Source: Eledone cirrhosa
Taxonomy: Eukaryota
Assembly: GCA_964016885.1 (NCBI GenBank)
Contig: OZ024758.1
Span: 28,334,001-28,398,000 of the forward strand
Reading direction: 5' to 3'
Length of the DNA: 64,000 nt
Shown: positions 48,718 through 60,619 of the stretch, piece after piece
Numbering within the stretch: the first letter of the stretch is position 1
How the letters are laid out: every line of letters begins with the position of its first letter
The notes under the pieces: model-generated
What the model was told of the DNA's origin: nothing
Databases searched by the model: none
The model's input: only the letters and a program-made list of their open reading frames with translations
Position numbers and translations under genes: made by a program

Positions 48718-48932
48718 TTAACCCATTAGCATTTACATTATTCTATATTTACTACTGTATTTTCATGGTAAAGGCTTTACCTCACATTATGTCAAATCTA
48801 TAAGATTTTGATATAATTTATTTTGATAACAATAACTTAATATTGGATGAGCAGCTGGTTACGGCCAGTTTGAAAAGAAAGAGATGAGAGAATTCTGGCC
48901 GGATATGGCTGGTTTAAATGCTAAAGGGTTAA
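48718..48932 (-). mobile_element. piggyBac-like MITE copy
   Basis: TTAA-CCCATTAGCATTTA ... TAAATGCTAAAGGG-TTAA. Confidence 0.9.
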
Positions 48933-49029
48933 TGGCCATTTCAAACATGTAACTGTCAACCACAGCAGCTGGTCCCTTTGTTAAGTCTTCAGAGAATAGT
49001 CTCTTCTTCTCCACATATACTTTCCACAT

Positions 49030-49985
49030 TCAACAACCTTTCATAATTCTCTCAAACCTTTTCCTTTCATAATTGTTCCTGTATGAGCAAGGCATGGTCA
49101 GCCGACCAGACACTGCCCACAACAGGACAACCCGTCTAACCCATGCTAGCGTGGAAGAACGGACGTAAAACGGTGATGATGATGATGATGAATTCTTTCA
49201 AACCTTTTCCTTTCATAATTCTTTCAAACATTTTCCTTTCATAATTCTTTCAAACCTTTTCCTTTCATAATTCTCTCAAACCTTTTCCTTTCATAATTCT
49301 TTCAAACCTTTTCCTTTCATAATTTTGCCAAACCTTTTCCTTTCATAATTTTGCCAAACCTTTTCCTTTCATACTTTTTCCAAACCTTTTCCTTTCATAA
49401 TTCTTTCAAACATTTTCCTTTCATAATTCTTTCAAACCTTTTCCTTTCATAATTCTTTCAAACATTTTCCTTTCATAATTTTGCCAAACCTTTTCCTTTC
49501 ATAATTCTTTCAAACCTTTTCCTTTCATAATTCTTTCAAACATTTTCCTTTCATAATTCTTTCAAACCTTTTCCTTTCATAATTCTTTCAAACCTTTTCC
49601 TTTCATAATTCTTTCAAACCTTTTCCTTTCATAATTCTTTCAAACCTTTTCCTTTCATAATTCTCTCAAACCTTTTCCTTTCATAATTCTTTCAAACATT
49701 TTCCTTTCATAATTCTTTCAAACCTTTTCCTTTCATAATTTTGCCAAACCTTTTCCTTTCATAATTTTGCCAAACCTTTTCCTTTCATACTTTTTCCAAA
49801 CCTTTTCCTTTCATAATTCTTTCAAACATTTTCCTTTCATAATTCTTTCAAACCTTTTCCTTTCATAATTTTGCCAAACCTTTTCCTTTCATAATTTTGC
49901 CAAACCTTTTCCTTTCATAATTTTGCCAAACCTTTTCCTTTCATAATTTTGCCAAACCTTTTCCTTTCATACTTTTTCCAAACCT
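49030..49985. repeat. 26-bp minisatellite (~32 copies) with a SINE/RTE tail inserted at 49075-49190
   Basis: AACCTTTTCCTTTCATAATTCTTTCA; the insert is flanked by AATT on both sides. Confidence 0.93.
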
Positions 49986-50331
49986 GTTTCTTTTCCCTGT
50001 CTGGGATACTAAGTGTGCCACTGTTATTCCAGCATATATTTTCCACCAAAAACGTCTTCATTGGCCTTGATACACTACTTTACAATTTGCAAAGACCTCA
50101 TGTCATTGATCCTCTTTATGTAAACCTTTGCAAATCTCCTACTTTCAGCTTCTTTCTTGAGCTATGTAAACCTGGCACTCAACTTCTCTTCCAGTTTCTT
50201 GGTTTCCTGCTTCACTGCTCTCTTTCAACTTTTATGGCTCTATCTATAGTATTATATCACCATTAAGTAATATATATATATCTTCATTGTACTGTATTGT
50301 TCCTGTGTTGTTTTTTCATTTACTTTCTGCG

Positions 50332-50432
<101 letters not shown>

Positions 50433-50555
50433 TAGTAGGGAAAGTGGACATTAAAATGATGATGATGATATATATATATAGAGAGAGAGGGAGAGAGAGA
50501 AAGATCTAAAATAAACTAATTGCTTCATATGTAGAAATAATAGTAAAATTCTTAC

Positions 50556-50630
50556 TTTTTCAACTAAGCATTTCCCCATTTGCACCTGTACTTTTTCAAG
50601 GAATTCATCAATTTTTGTATGGTATTGGTG
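50556..50630 (-). CDS. CADPS: CAPS/CADPS coding exon, HQYHTKIDEFLEKVQVQMGKCLVEK
   Basis: ttttccag / gtaaga, 75 nt, phase 0. Matches CADPS [25 protein letters not shown]. Confidence 0.95.
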
Positions 50631-50787
50631 CTGGAAAAAAAAGATGCAAAACAAAGACAAAAAAAAACATTAGATCTATAGTCAATAATTTGATTGATAC
50701 AATAAAGAAATAAAAAAAGAATATTTGAGCTCAAAAGACTATGTTAACTTTATACAATGAAGTTCCAGAGTCTTGGTAAGTTCTTAC

Positions 50788-50823
50788 GCCATGGGGAGAG
50801 AAAGCGTCTATTTTGAGGCTATC
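50788..50823 (-). CDS. Candidate alternative micro-exon of CAPS, 36 nt, DSLKIDAFSPHG
   Basis: In frame, no stop, GC|gtaaga donor, weak aag acceptor after a long CT tract. Lies 157 nt upstream of the HQYH exon. No homology support. Confidence 0.3.
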
Positions 50824-52151
50824 CTTTTGTGTGAGAGAGAGAGGGGGCAGAGGTTTATAGAGAGGAGAAAGGGGGAGAGAGGGGGGAGAGAGGCGGGAGA
50901 GGTTTATAGAGAGGGGAGAGAGAGGGGCAGAGAAAGAGAGAGAGAGAAGAGGGAGGGGGGCAGAGAAAGAGAGAGGGAGAGAGAGAGGGAGATAGAGAAA
51001 GAGGGGAGGGAGAGAGAAAGAGAAGAAGAAGAAAGAGAGAGAGAACAGTTTCTCCATTTTTTTGTTTGTTTTTTATCATTAATATACTTTTTTGTTTTTG
51101 TTTTAATGATTCTTAGTTAATTGAAACTATTTCCACTGAAACATTAAATGTTTGTTTAGTTGGTCGTCTGTGTTGGATATAGTTGATCAGTGAATCAGTG
51201 GAGATTACTTCTCTTCCTCTCGGAATTTTTATTGATTCTTTACACTAAATAATTCATGTACTTGAATGAACTGCTCTTCTTATACTGGAGAAAAATGTTC
51301 TTCCAGTCTGTTCAACTATATATTACACTCAGGTCTCATTGGAATATGGAAGAATATTCTAATAAGCATTTATATAGTTTTTAAGAGAGATTGAGAGAGA
51401 GAGAGAGAGGGGGTAAGAGAGACAGAGAGAAATAATAATTGCATCTATTTTTCTGGTAATATGAAAAGCAAGTTTTTTATGTAATATTCCATGTAATAAT
51501 TAGGTTCCCCAGGCTTCAACAAAGTAGATATTCATCTCCTTTGATATAAACTTTTACAATGAGCCAATGAAGCAGACTCTATATGGGTTCTTGACCTACT
51601 AGAAATAATATTAAAATCTCTCTCATATTACATTTTACCATTTAAAAAAAAAGGAAGGACATTGGATGTTGTATATTATGCTTGAAAATAAAGATGGAAT
51701 GGTCATGGCTGGGATAAATACCTTTAATGATAGGTCTACTAGATTAGGGCTAACTTGATAGGTCTACTAGATTAGGGCTAACTTGAGGCTAAACATCAAC
51801 TTTTACAAGTTACAATTTATATTTGAGCAACCAAAGAAAATACAAAGGATCTTAAAGTTAATTAAAATTGGGTTACAGTTTCATACTGTGCAAAATTAAT
51901 TACAGTATTTGATAATTAACTTTTTATTTTTCAATGTAATTAATTATTCTGAAGGAACCCAAACTAAAGAGCTACATTTATTCAGGGATATAATTTTTAA
52001 AAAGTATCAAATGGTTTAGCAAGAGTTATTTCAAATGATTCTAATAATATAACTGAAGTATTTGGTCTTTATATTGTCTTAATATGATAAAGGGGTGAAT
52101 AAATTGAAGAAAAAAATATCATTTGGATTTGGAAACTATATCCTATAAGCC

Positions 52152-53178
52152 AGATGTTCTCAAAGTGGGCCTTACTCCTTCCCCCACCCCCACCCAGGGG
52201 CATTGAGAAGGTCCAAGGAGGCACTGGGGCCTAAGGGAGTGGTAGAGATGATATAATAGTATATTAAATATCAAATGATACATATTGTATATAAATATAG
52301 TAAAACAAAAAATATAAAATATTTATTTATACATAGTATATATATTATTTATTACTAGCAGAAAAACCACCCTTCGGCTGGTTTTCTGCTAGCATGTGTA
52401 GTGTGTATATTGATATTATACACAAATATATATACATGTAGATATGATACATCAAATAAAATCGTAATTGACAATATACACAGAAATTGAACGAAGACTG
52501 CGTTACACTGTCTTATGTAATCAGTAACGTACTCCATGATACATTAAAAAAAGACGATATTATACATAAACTGCATTAGGAGAAAATTAGTGACGGAAAT
52601 ATATGTATGTTTATTTAAGCGATCGCTAACCGGAAGTGTTGACATTTGAACATTTTAAAGAAGTGAATCTTAAAATAAGCAACAAAATTATTTATATTTA
52701 ATCAAGAATAACGAAATTTAGGAGATAAATTATGTAATATTCATTCATTATTTATTCAAAGGGTGGTGGATTGGCAGCATCGGTAGAGGGTTAGACACCA
52801 TGCTTTGACGCATAGAGTTACGGCCCTTGCCATTCTTTTTCAAATCCTACCATGGTTAACTTTGCTTTTCATCCTTGCAGGTTCGATAAAATAAAGTACC
52901 AGTAATGTACTGAAGTAATTGCTAGCCTTGTGCTAAAAGTAGAAACAATTATTTATTCAAAGTAATCCAACTTATTTTACAGACGGGATAAAAAAATATA
53001 TTCTGGACGCAGTCCCACACTCCTTACTTTATTATAGTTTAGATAGAAAATGTAAATAATATATAAATAAAATCATTAATTTATATGTGTAGGCAGGTCT
53101 CTCTGGTATAGGGTTGGGGGAGCGCTGAGGGTATTACGTGGCTGTGAGGGAGTGGCCCAAAAGGTTTTAGAACCTTTG
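52152..53178. mobile_element. Degenerate hAT-like element containing a nested Helitron/Helentron-like piece (~52354-53045), itself holding a SINE
   Basis: CAGATGTTCTCAAA start and TTTTAGAACCTTTG end. The inner piece starts ACTAGCAG..CCC and ends TTTTATTATAGTTAGAT. Confidence 0.45.
52747..52962 (+). mobile_element. SINE family A with 15-bp TSD
   Basis: ATTATTTATTCAAAG at both ends. Confidence 0.9.
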
Positions 53179-54200
53179 CTACAAGTAGTAAAAATAATTC
53201 AAAGTGCTGTTAATGCATTCAGTAAACAAGAAGGTATTATGAAGGATTGTTTTGGTGCTAGGCAGGGCATCCAGCCATAGAAAACCAGCCTGAAACAGTC
53301 CTATATGAGCGAGACATGGTCACCTGACCCAACTTGCCTCTAAATGGGACAAACCCGTCTAACCCATGCTAACGTGGAAGATATACGTTAAACGATGATG
53401 ATGATGATGTTTTGGTCTTTTGCTGGATTTCAGTGGTGATTATAAAAGATGGGAATTAAACCCATTGTATTTACTCATACTTTCATTTTATTGGCTCATC
53501 CCACAAATAATGTTTTTTTTTTCAATTGCATGTAATAAAAGTCAGAGGGTGTGGGGATAAACACCTGCATAAACTTGCTAGAAAAGCAGCTATTCAATTT
53601 ACCGTGTATTCATTCTAAGTCAAAACTAGTTCAATTTAACTTTTTTTTTAAATAAAAGAAGTATAAAAAAAAAACACATTATTTATAGGATGTCCCCAAA
53701 CATATGGCATTTACAATGTACCATATATTTCAAATTGAGGTTTTGTAAGATCAATATATAATATATATATATATATGTATATATATATGGTATTTGTATA
53801 TGTATGATTTATGTAAATGCATATATATATATCATTAGCATGATATATATATATGTATATATATATATTTTTTTTTATTGCCCATATATATTATGTTGGT
53901 ACCACAAAACATCCAGCCCACACTGTAAAGTGGTTGTGTAGGTGTCACAACAAAAAAGCACCCACCATACACTGTAAATGTGGTTGGCATTAGGAAGGGT
54001 ATCCAGCTGTTAGAAACCAGCCAGGAACAGTCCTATATAGATGAGACATGGCTACCTATATAGATGAGACATGGCTACCTGATCCAACTTCACTCTAAAT
54101 TGGATAAACCCATATAACCCATGCAAGCATGGAAGATAGACATTAAACAATGATGATGATAATTAGATAAATTAAATGCTGGTTTTTCACATCATACCTT

Positions 54201-54231
<31 letters not shown>

Positions 54232-55281
54232 GTAATAATAATGAAATTATTGTGTACAGTGCTCAGGTGCACTACAACTCGTCAAAGGTGCATGTATAGT
54301 ACATAGAATAATATACAAATGTCAGGGATGTGAATAGTGTATGAGTCATGATATACATGTGTGCGTGTGTATGGAGGGGTAATATCAGTTGTGTTGGCGA
54401 ATCTCAGGAAGCATGGAGGTTTTAAAGGATGGAGTGTTTCGACAGCTAATAACTGTAGTAAAAGGTGCGATTATATACAGATATCAAACAATAAGTGGAA
54501 AGTAAAACTTCTTATCTGTATATACATTGAAACAGAACCCTCAGTGTTCTTATTTGTAATTGATTTCTAATAACGAGAATAATTAATACTTTAGTAAGAT
54601 ATATCATAAGCAGCTCTTATTTCAGTTATTTCAGTGTACATTCATTACTCTTCCTGACAGGTAGATTTCTCTTAAATCAATATGTATTAAGTTTCAATGA
54701 GTTTCATTGAAATTAATGTCTGTAGAAACAAAGTTATTTAGAAGAAAGTAGAAATACCAAGTACCGCTAGAGAAAGTTGGACAGCAAAAGGTTTTCAAAG
54801 AAGAACCCCCCACAGACTATTCATGTCAGTGTTTCAGCCCTTAACTCCTTACATTCTAAGAAGGCTGGCCCACATCCAGGTCATGACTTTTGAGTGTTCT
54901 TCTGATGGTGCTTTTTATTGCTGCATGTATGAATTATTAGAGGGGAAACTCCAGCATTCCTTGTGGCATGTGATCGAGTGTGTCGGTCTTATGTGTCTTT
55001 CCTCATTTTCTTCTTTTTTATCTCCACCTTTTTTTATTTTAGTACTTATAAAGGTTGCTTATGTTTCTATGTTTCTCTTTGACCAGATCCAGTAGGAAGT
55101 TTCTTTGGCTGCTTTTGTAATTACCTTTAGGGACTTTGAGCCTCTTCTTTTCAGAAACAGAGAGCTGTTTCATGAGATCAACCTGATAGGAACAACCTGG
55201 GCCTGGAAGCTGGCCTCCCTCAATTTATTGGCTAGATTAGTATATTTCTCCATCTTATAGACATCGGTTTGAGACCATATA

Positions 55282-55464
55282 CAGACCAGCCAACCTCTAA
55301 AAACCCCAATGGGGCGCACCATGAAAAAAAAGTGCCCCAAAACAGGGAGAAATGAGGCAAAATGGGGAGATTTTACATAATGATTTCACAAGAGAAGATA
55401 TTTCTCACCCACCCCAAAGTGGGTGGGAGCTCTCTCCATCGGATGGGGAGGGTTGATAGGTCTG
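55282..55464. mobile_element. ~185-bp TIR-bearing MITE (opposite-orientation copy at 48377-48564)
   Basis: CAGACCAGCCAACC ... GGTTGATAGGTCTG; flanks CCATATA/CCATTTA. The internal sequence is shared between the copies. Confidence 0.75.
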
Positions 55465-55719
55465 CCATTTATAAACATTTATATCATGCGTTATAGTTTG
55501 AAAGTGTAACCAGCATAATAAAATAAATACTATTTCTCAACACTAAATAGTCTCTTAACCTCATCAGATAAGTTGTGACATTAGAATTGATTGGTTTAAG
55601 AACTTGGAGAACTTTATCTTGAGAAAACATCCTTTTTTTAAAGTTTATTTAGCAAACAATTTACAGATTAGCAGGTTCTGTAAGTTACTTCAGTCAGAAA
55701 TTTAATAACACATTATGGT

Positions 55720-55947
55720 TTAACCCTTTAGCATTTACATTACTCTATATTTACTTTGTATTTTCATGGTAAACACTTTATTTCACATAATTATCTCACA
55801 TAATATCAAATCTACGAGATTTTGATATTATTTATTTTGAGAACAATGCCTTAACATAAGTATGAACAGCCGGTTATGGCCAGTTTAAACAGAAAGGGGT
55901 TATTGAATTCTGGCTGGATATAGCCTGCTTAAATGCTAAAAGGTTAA
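55720..55947 (-). mobile_element. piggyBac-like MITE copy
   Basis: TTAA-CCCTTTAGCATTTA ... TAAATGCTAAAAGG-TTAA. Confidence 0.9.
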
Positions 55948-56177
55948 TAGAATGTTTCTCATGACAGGAGTTTAGAAGTATATAATGGTAACTTGGATAT
56001 CTGTTTCCATGGTTGATAAAATAAGTACCAGTAATATACTACTAGGTTGATTCAAAATTTAAGCAATGAGTTAAAGTTAAATATCTTTATGTCAGTTGCA
56101 TTTTGAGGATAATTTATTGAAACAGCTCTTAATTTTTTTTCTAGAATTAAATTGTAAACATAAATTTATTTAACAAA

Positions 56178-56365
56178 ATAATTGTTTCTACTTTTGGCAC
56201 AAGGCCAGCAATTATCTCAGTGCATTACTGGTACTTTACTTTATCGACCCTGAAAGAATGAAAGGTAAAGTTAACCTCGACAGGATTTGAATTCAGATCA
56301 TAAAGGGCCGTAACTCTATGCTGCAAAGCATGGTGTCTGACCCTCTTCCGATACTGCCAATCCCC
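56178..56365 (-). mobile_element. SINE family A
   Basis: Reverse copy. Partial copies also at ~12665-12820, 22676-22775 and 57656-57768. Confidence 0.85.
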
Positions 56366-56505
56366 TTCACAATGAAAGTGAGGGTGTTGGTATTATCAAC
56401 AATTATGAAAAACACAAGTAGTATTATTACACACACACATACACACACACATACACACACACATATACACACATATAGTAGACGTTAGTATTTTAAAATA
56501 CTTAC

Positions 56506-56544
56506 AATATTTTCCCCGCTGTCCAAGGCACACAGGTGCAATGC
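56506..56544 (-). CDS. CADPS: CAPS/CADPS (unc-31) coding exon, 39 nt, ALHLCALDSGENI
   Basis: Bounded by ttttgtag acceptor and gtaagt donor, phase 0/0. Resembles vertebrate CADPS STKLCSMEMGQE, which directly precedes HQYHSKID (recalled sequence). Confidence 0.85.
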
Positions 56545-56753
56545 CTACAAAAATAGAGGAAATATCATATAGCAAAAATAAAAGTATATTTTGGCAGTTT
56601 ATATTTCAAGTTATTCCTACCATTTTATGTTTATGTTTTTCAAGGTTGCATACTTGAAATGGTATTTTGTTTCTAAGTTTGGATTTGGAAGATTTAGTTA
56701 AATATGAATGTCCTTATTATTGTTAATATGAAGCATTGTGAGATATGTAAAAT

Positions 56754-56977
56754 ATGGCTGATAAGTTTTAATAGGCTGGTACAATGTGGTAGAAATATAT
56801 AAAATCTAAAGGATGATAAATAAAACAAAACATTTGAAAAGAGGATAATAGCTCTGAAATGTTATGTTGAAATATACTGGTTAAAAAAACATCACTTTGT
56901 TTTGTTTTATTTGTCATTCTTTGCCCTTTATATATTTCTACCACATTGTATCGGCTTTTTGAAACTTATTGGTCATT
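56754..56977. repeat. Imperfect inverted repeat, ~50-bp arms
   Basis: TACAATGTGGTAGAAATATATAAA versus TTTATATATTTCTACCACATTGTA, with weaker outer pairing. Confidence 0.8.
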
Positions 56978-58693
56978 ACTATTAATTACTTAACTTCTCC
57001 AGAGCCATTGATGAGATAACTTATCCTAACATATTTGAACTCTTTTCCAACAGTTCATAACTTCAAAGCTAGATGGGGTTACTAGTTTATTGATGTGATG
57101 TTTGTCAATCATTCAGATATGTGTTGTTAATAAATGTTTGTTTAAAAAAATAGTTTTTTCCTGAAAAATAACAACCTGGCACAGCAACTGTAGCTGTGTA
57201 AAATATATGCAGCAATCAACAGGTTAAATATAAAAAAGGAATGGCATTTGTTTCCAGTTAAAGAAAGCAAGACAAAAAGAGAAACACGTCTTTTCCAGAA
57301 CACAAAGAAAAGGCTGCAGAAAAGCTTGACTTAATTAACATGTGGTTAATTTTCTAGCATATAAATCTCACAACCACTTCTTTCTTTTGTAACATTTTTG
57401 CTAACAATGAAAGTGATGTGTTCATTTTAATGGATAGCTTTCATAGACAGAGTACTGACTAACTTATTATGGAGTATTTTGAAATACTGGCAGTATGGTA
57501 AAGTGGATATAAAAACGGTGACAACAATGGCAGAATGATAGATACAATATAAAATTTTCCATGACATGCTTGTACATGTAAGTGATTGATTATCAAATAT
57601 TAATAATGTTATATATTATTGACCAATCCCCTTTGTAACAACTATTAAAAGAGGTAATAATAATTGTTTCTAGTATTGGCACAAGGCCAGCAATTATCCC
57701 AGTGTATTACTGGTACTTTATTTTATCAACCCTGTAAGGATGAAAGGCAAAGTTAACCTCAGCGGGATTATAATAATAATTGTCATAAATAAAACAACCC
57801 CCCTATGTAATAAAACAATATCGAAGATGTTTATTTTCTAACATTAGACAGGAATGAAGAAGATATATTCTCTGGTCCCAAATAACAGGAGGGTGGGGTG
57901 GAATAAGCCGGAGGGGGAGGGGGGTTCTTAAATTCTTATAAATGGGGGAGTTGGAAAACATGGGGGTGGGATCAATAATTGTATAGTGTACGTTCGAAAA
58001 TATGGGATTTCTTGTAATGTTCTTTTTTTGTCATATATTATATTTTTTTTAAATTTAAAATAAAATCATTATTAGATTCTCCATCTGCTGTATCAATATG
58101 AATCACTTACAATAACATTTCGCCAAAGATGGATTAGCAAAATTTAATAAGTGGTTTGTGTGGGAGGTGGAATAAAAAAAAGGGGGGGGGGATCTGAAAA
58201 TTAATAAGCGGGGTAGGGTGGGGCTACTATTGAAGACCTAGTTGTTGGCTGACAACTGGTCAAACTAAGCAAATTTTATGAGATTAACAACAAATAACTG
58301 CAAAAAAAAAAACAGTCTGTCTGTCTGACTCCCTAAAACTCAAGAACCACCCAACTGATTGTTTTCAAACTTTACACATATAATACTTATGGTCCTGTGA
58401 GTGTTTTGAGCAAAGAATATTTCAAATTTTCAATGCATTAGGCGCCGTTTAGAAAGACTAAGAATTATATTCTTAGTCTTTCTTTTTAGATAGATACATA
58501 GATATAACGTTGCACCCTTATAATACCTGGCTGTCTGCATTACGACATTATGACGTCGCTATCTGTGTGTGTGTATATATGTATATATAGTGTGTGTGTA
58601 TATATGTATATATAGTGTGTGTATATATATATATACATAGTGTGTAACGTTTTTCGAAATATTTACTTCTGCGTTCACAGATTGATTTTTTTT

Positions 58694-58743
58694 AGTTTCA
58701 GAAGATCCCGTTAAGGGTGAAAGCAGCGATTCTTTGCTTAAAC

Positions 58744-58744
<1 letters not shown>
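58694..58744 (+). ncRNA. Hammerhead motif with one core substitution, next to (TA)n
   Basis: AGTTT CAGAAGA tCCC-gttaa-GGGt GAAA GCAG-cgattc-TTTGC TT AAACT; CUGA changed to CAGA. Confidence 0.7.
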
Positions 58745-58787
<43 letters not shown>

Positions 58788-59957
58788 TGTAGATAAATCT
58801 ACTAAAATATGTAATCCAGATATCATGAAAAGAGAAGATGTATTCAAAAATTTTTCGATGAAAAATACAGGAAAACAGAGTCAAGATAAATTAATAAAAA
58901 TAATGAATAAAACCAAAGAAACAGTTCCTTATATTAAAAAATTCATCATTTTACGATCGTTTCTAGGATATATATGTGTGTTGGTATGTATATCATATAG
59001 ATCTATGTAAAAGTTTTACAAACTATCAGAGGGAATATACATACCTACACATATATATGCTGTCTTCAGAAATAATGATATTTGTTTATTGAAAAAAAAC
59101 CAACAAAGATTTAATATAATAGGTCTGTTTGGGAACAGGTTTTGAATTGACCAATAGAAAAGTAGTAAGTGGTCAAGTTGATAGAATGGTAGTAGTAGAA
59201 ATTAAATTTAGGGGTAGAGGAATTCAGACTTCAGTTTTGAATGGAAAGAGTATTTTGAATGAAAAGATTACTTTGTGGATGAAAATAGGTCAAGCCGGTG
59301 AAAGGTACATGAAAATTTGATGTTATTAAAGAATAATGCTAATGTTAAAATCTAAGGAGAATAAAATTTTACTATAAATGTGTTAGTGAAAAATATCAAT
59401 CTTATTTAAAACATAAGGAAATTAGATCTATAAAAAGAAATTAAATTAATTTAATTGATAGGTATATTTATAGGGATAAATTTATATTAATTCATATAGA
59501 TATGATAAATAAGAATTAGATGTTATTAAAGAATGTTGTTAAAAACGAAGGAAAATTTTTTTTTTTAGAAATTAGGGACCTCTTTGGAGCACAGGTTATT
59601 ACAAGATTTACGGGGGTGATGAAAACCCATTAAAAGTTTTAAGTTGTTTTTTTAAATCTTTTTTATACATGGGGCTTGTATAAAAGCCTGGTTATTAACA
59701 GGTGTGCTGATCCCTAAATGAAATAGATTAGGTGACAGCCACACCAGTTGTGTAAATTTACACTAGATATTTTAACCAGTTCTGCCGTACGTATATTTCA
59801 TGAAGTTCCTTATAGGATTCTATGAGGTAGAAAAAGACAAGAAGAAGATACAGAATAAACTGGAAATAGACAAGAAAGGCTAAAATAATAAATACATTGG
59901 AATGGATTGACCAGTATGGTATTTCTAGACTGAATCATACATCTAAAGGCTACAAAG

Positions 59958-59992
<35 letters not shown>

Positions 59993-60065
59993 AAATAAAT
60001 TAATAAATAAATGCATAAATAAATAAATAAATAAATAAATAAAAATAAATTAATAGATAAATGCA

Positions 60066-60112
<47 letters not shown>

Positions 60113-60132
60113 AAATAAATTAATAAATAAAT
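59958..60132. repeat. (AAAT)n microsatellite (another at 16570-16650)
   Basis: Direct reading. Confidence 0.95.
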
Positions 60133-60392
60133 ATAAAAGGAATATAGAGGAATATAGGTTGAAGATTGATTATAAACTTAGCATTTTATTACATAGGCCG
60201 AATACAGAAATAAAAGAATCGAAGAATAACATAATAAATAGTCCATTTTTATTGTGTTCATCAATCAAGCAGTGAAAAACAAAGACAAACCAACATATCA
60301 ATATTTAACCTAGTAGCTAATTTGATAATAAAGATGTAATGCTTATCAAGTTAAACAAGTCAATAACACCTCCTGGTCAATAAAATAGGACT

Positions 60393-60619
60393 TTAACTCT
60401 TTAGCATTTACATTACTCTATGTACACTATTGTATTTTTGTGGTAAAGGCTTTATCACATGATTATCTCACATGTAGTCAAATCTATGAGTTTGGGATTT
60501 TATTTATTATGAGATCAATACTTTAACATCAGTATAAGCAGCCGGTTATGGCCGGTTTGCAAAGAAAGAGGTGAGAGAATTCTGTCGGGATACGGCCGGT
60601 TTAAGTGCTAAAGGGTTAA
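60393..60619 (-). mobile_element. piggyBac-like MITE copy
   Basis: TTAA-CTCTTTAGCATTTA ... TAAGTGCTAAAGGG-TTAA. Confidence 0.9.

Noticed and set aside
55530-55575. CTGATGA...GAAA on the minus strand
   Set aside because: No stem I or stem II pairing.
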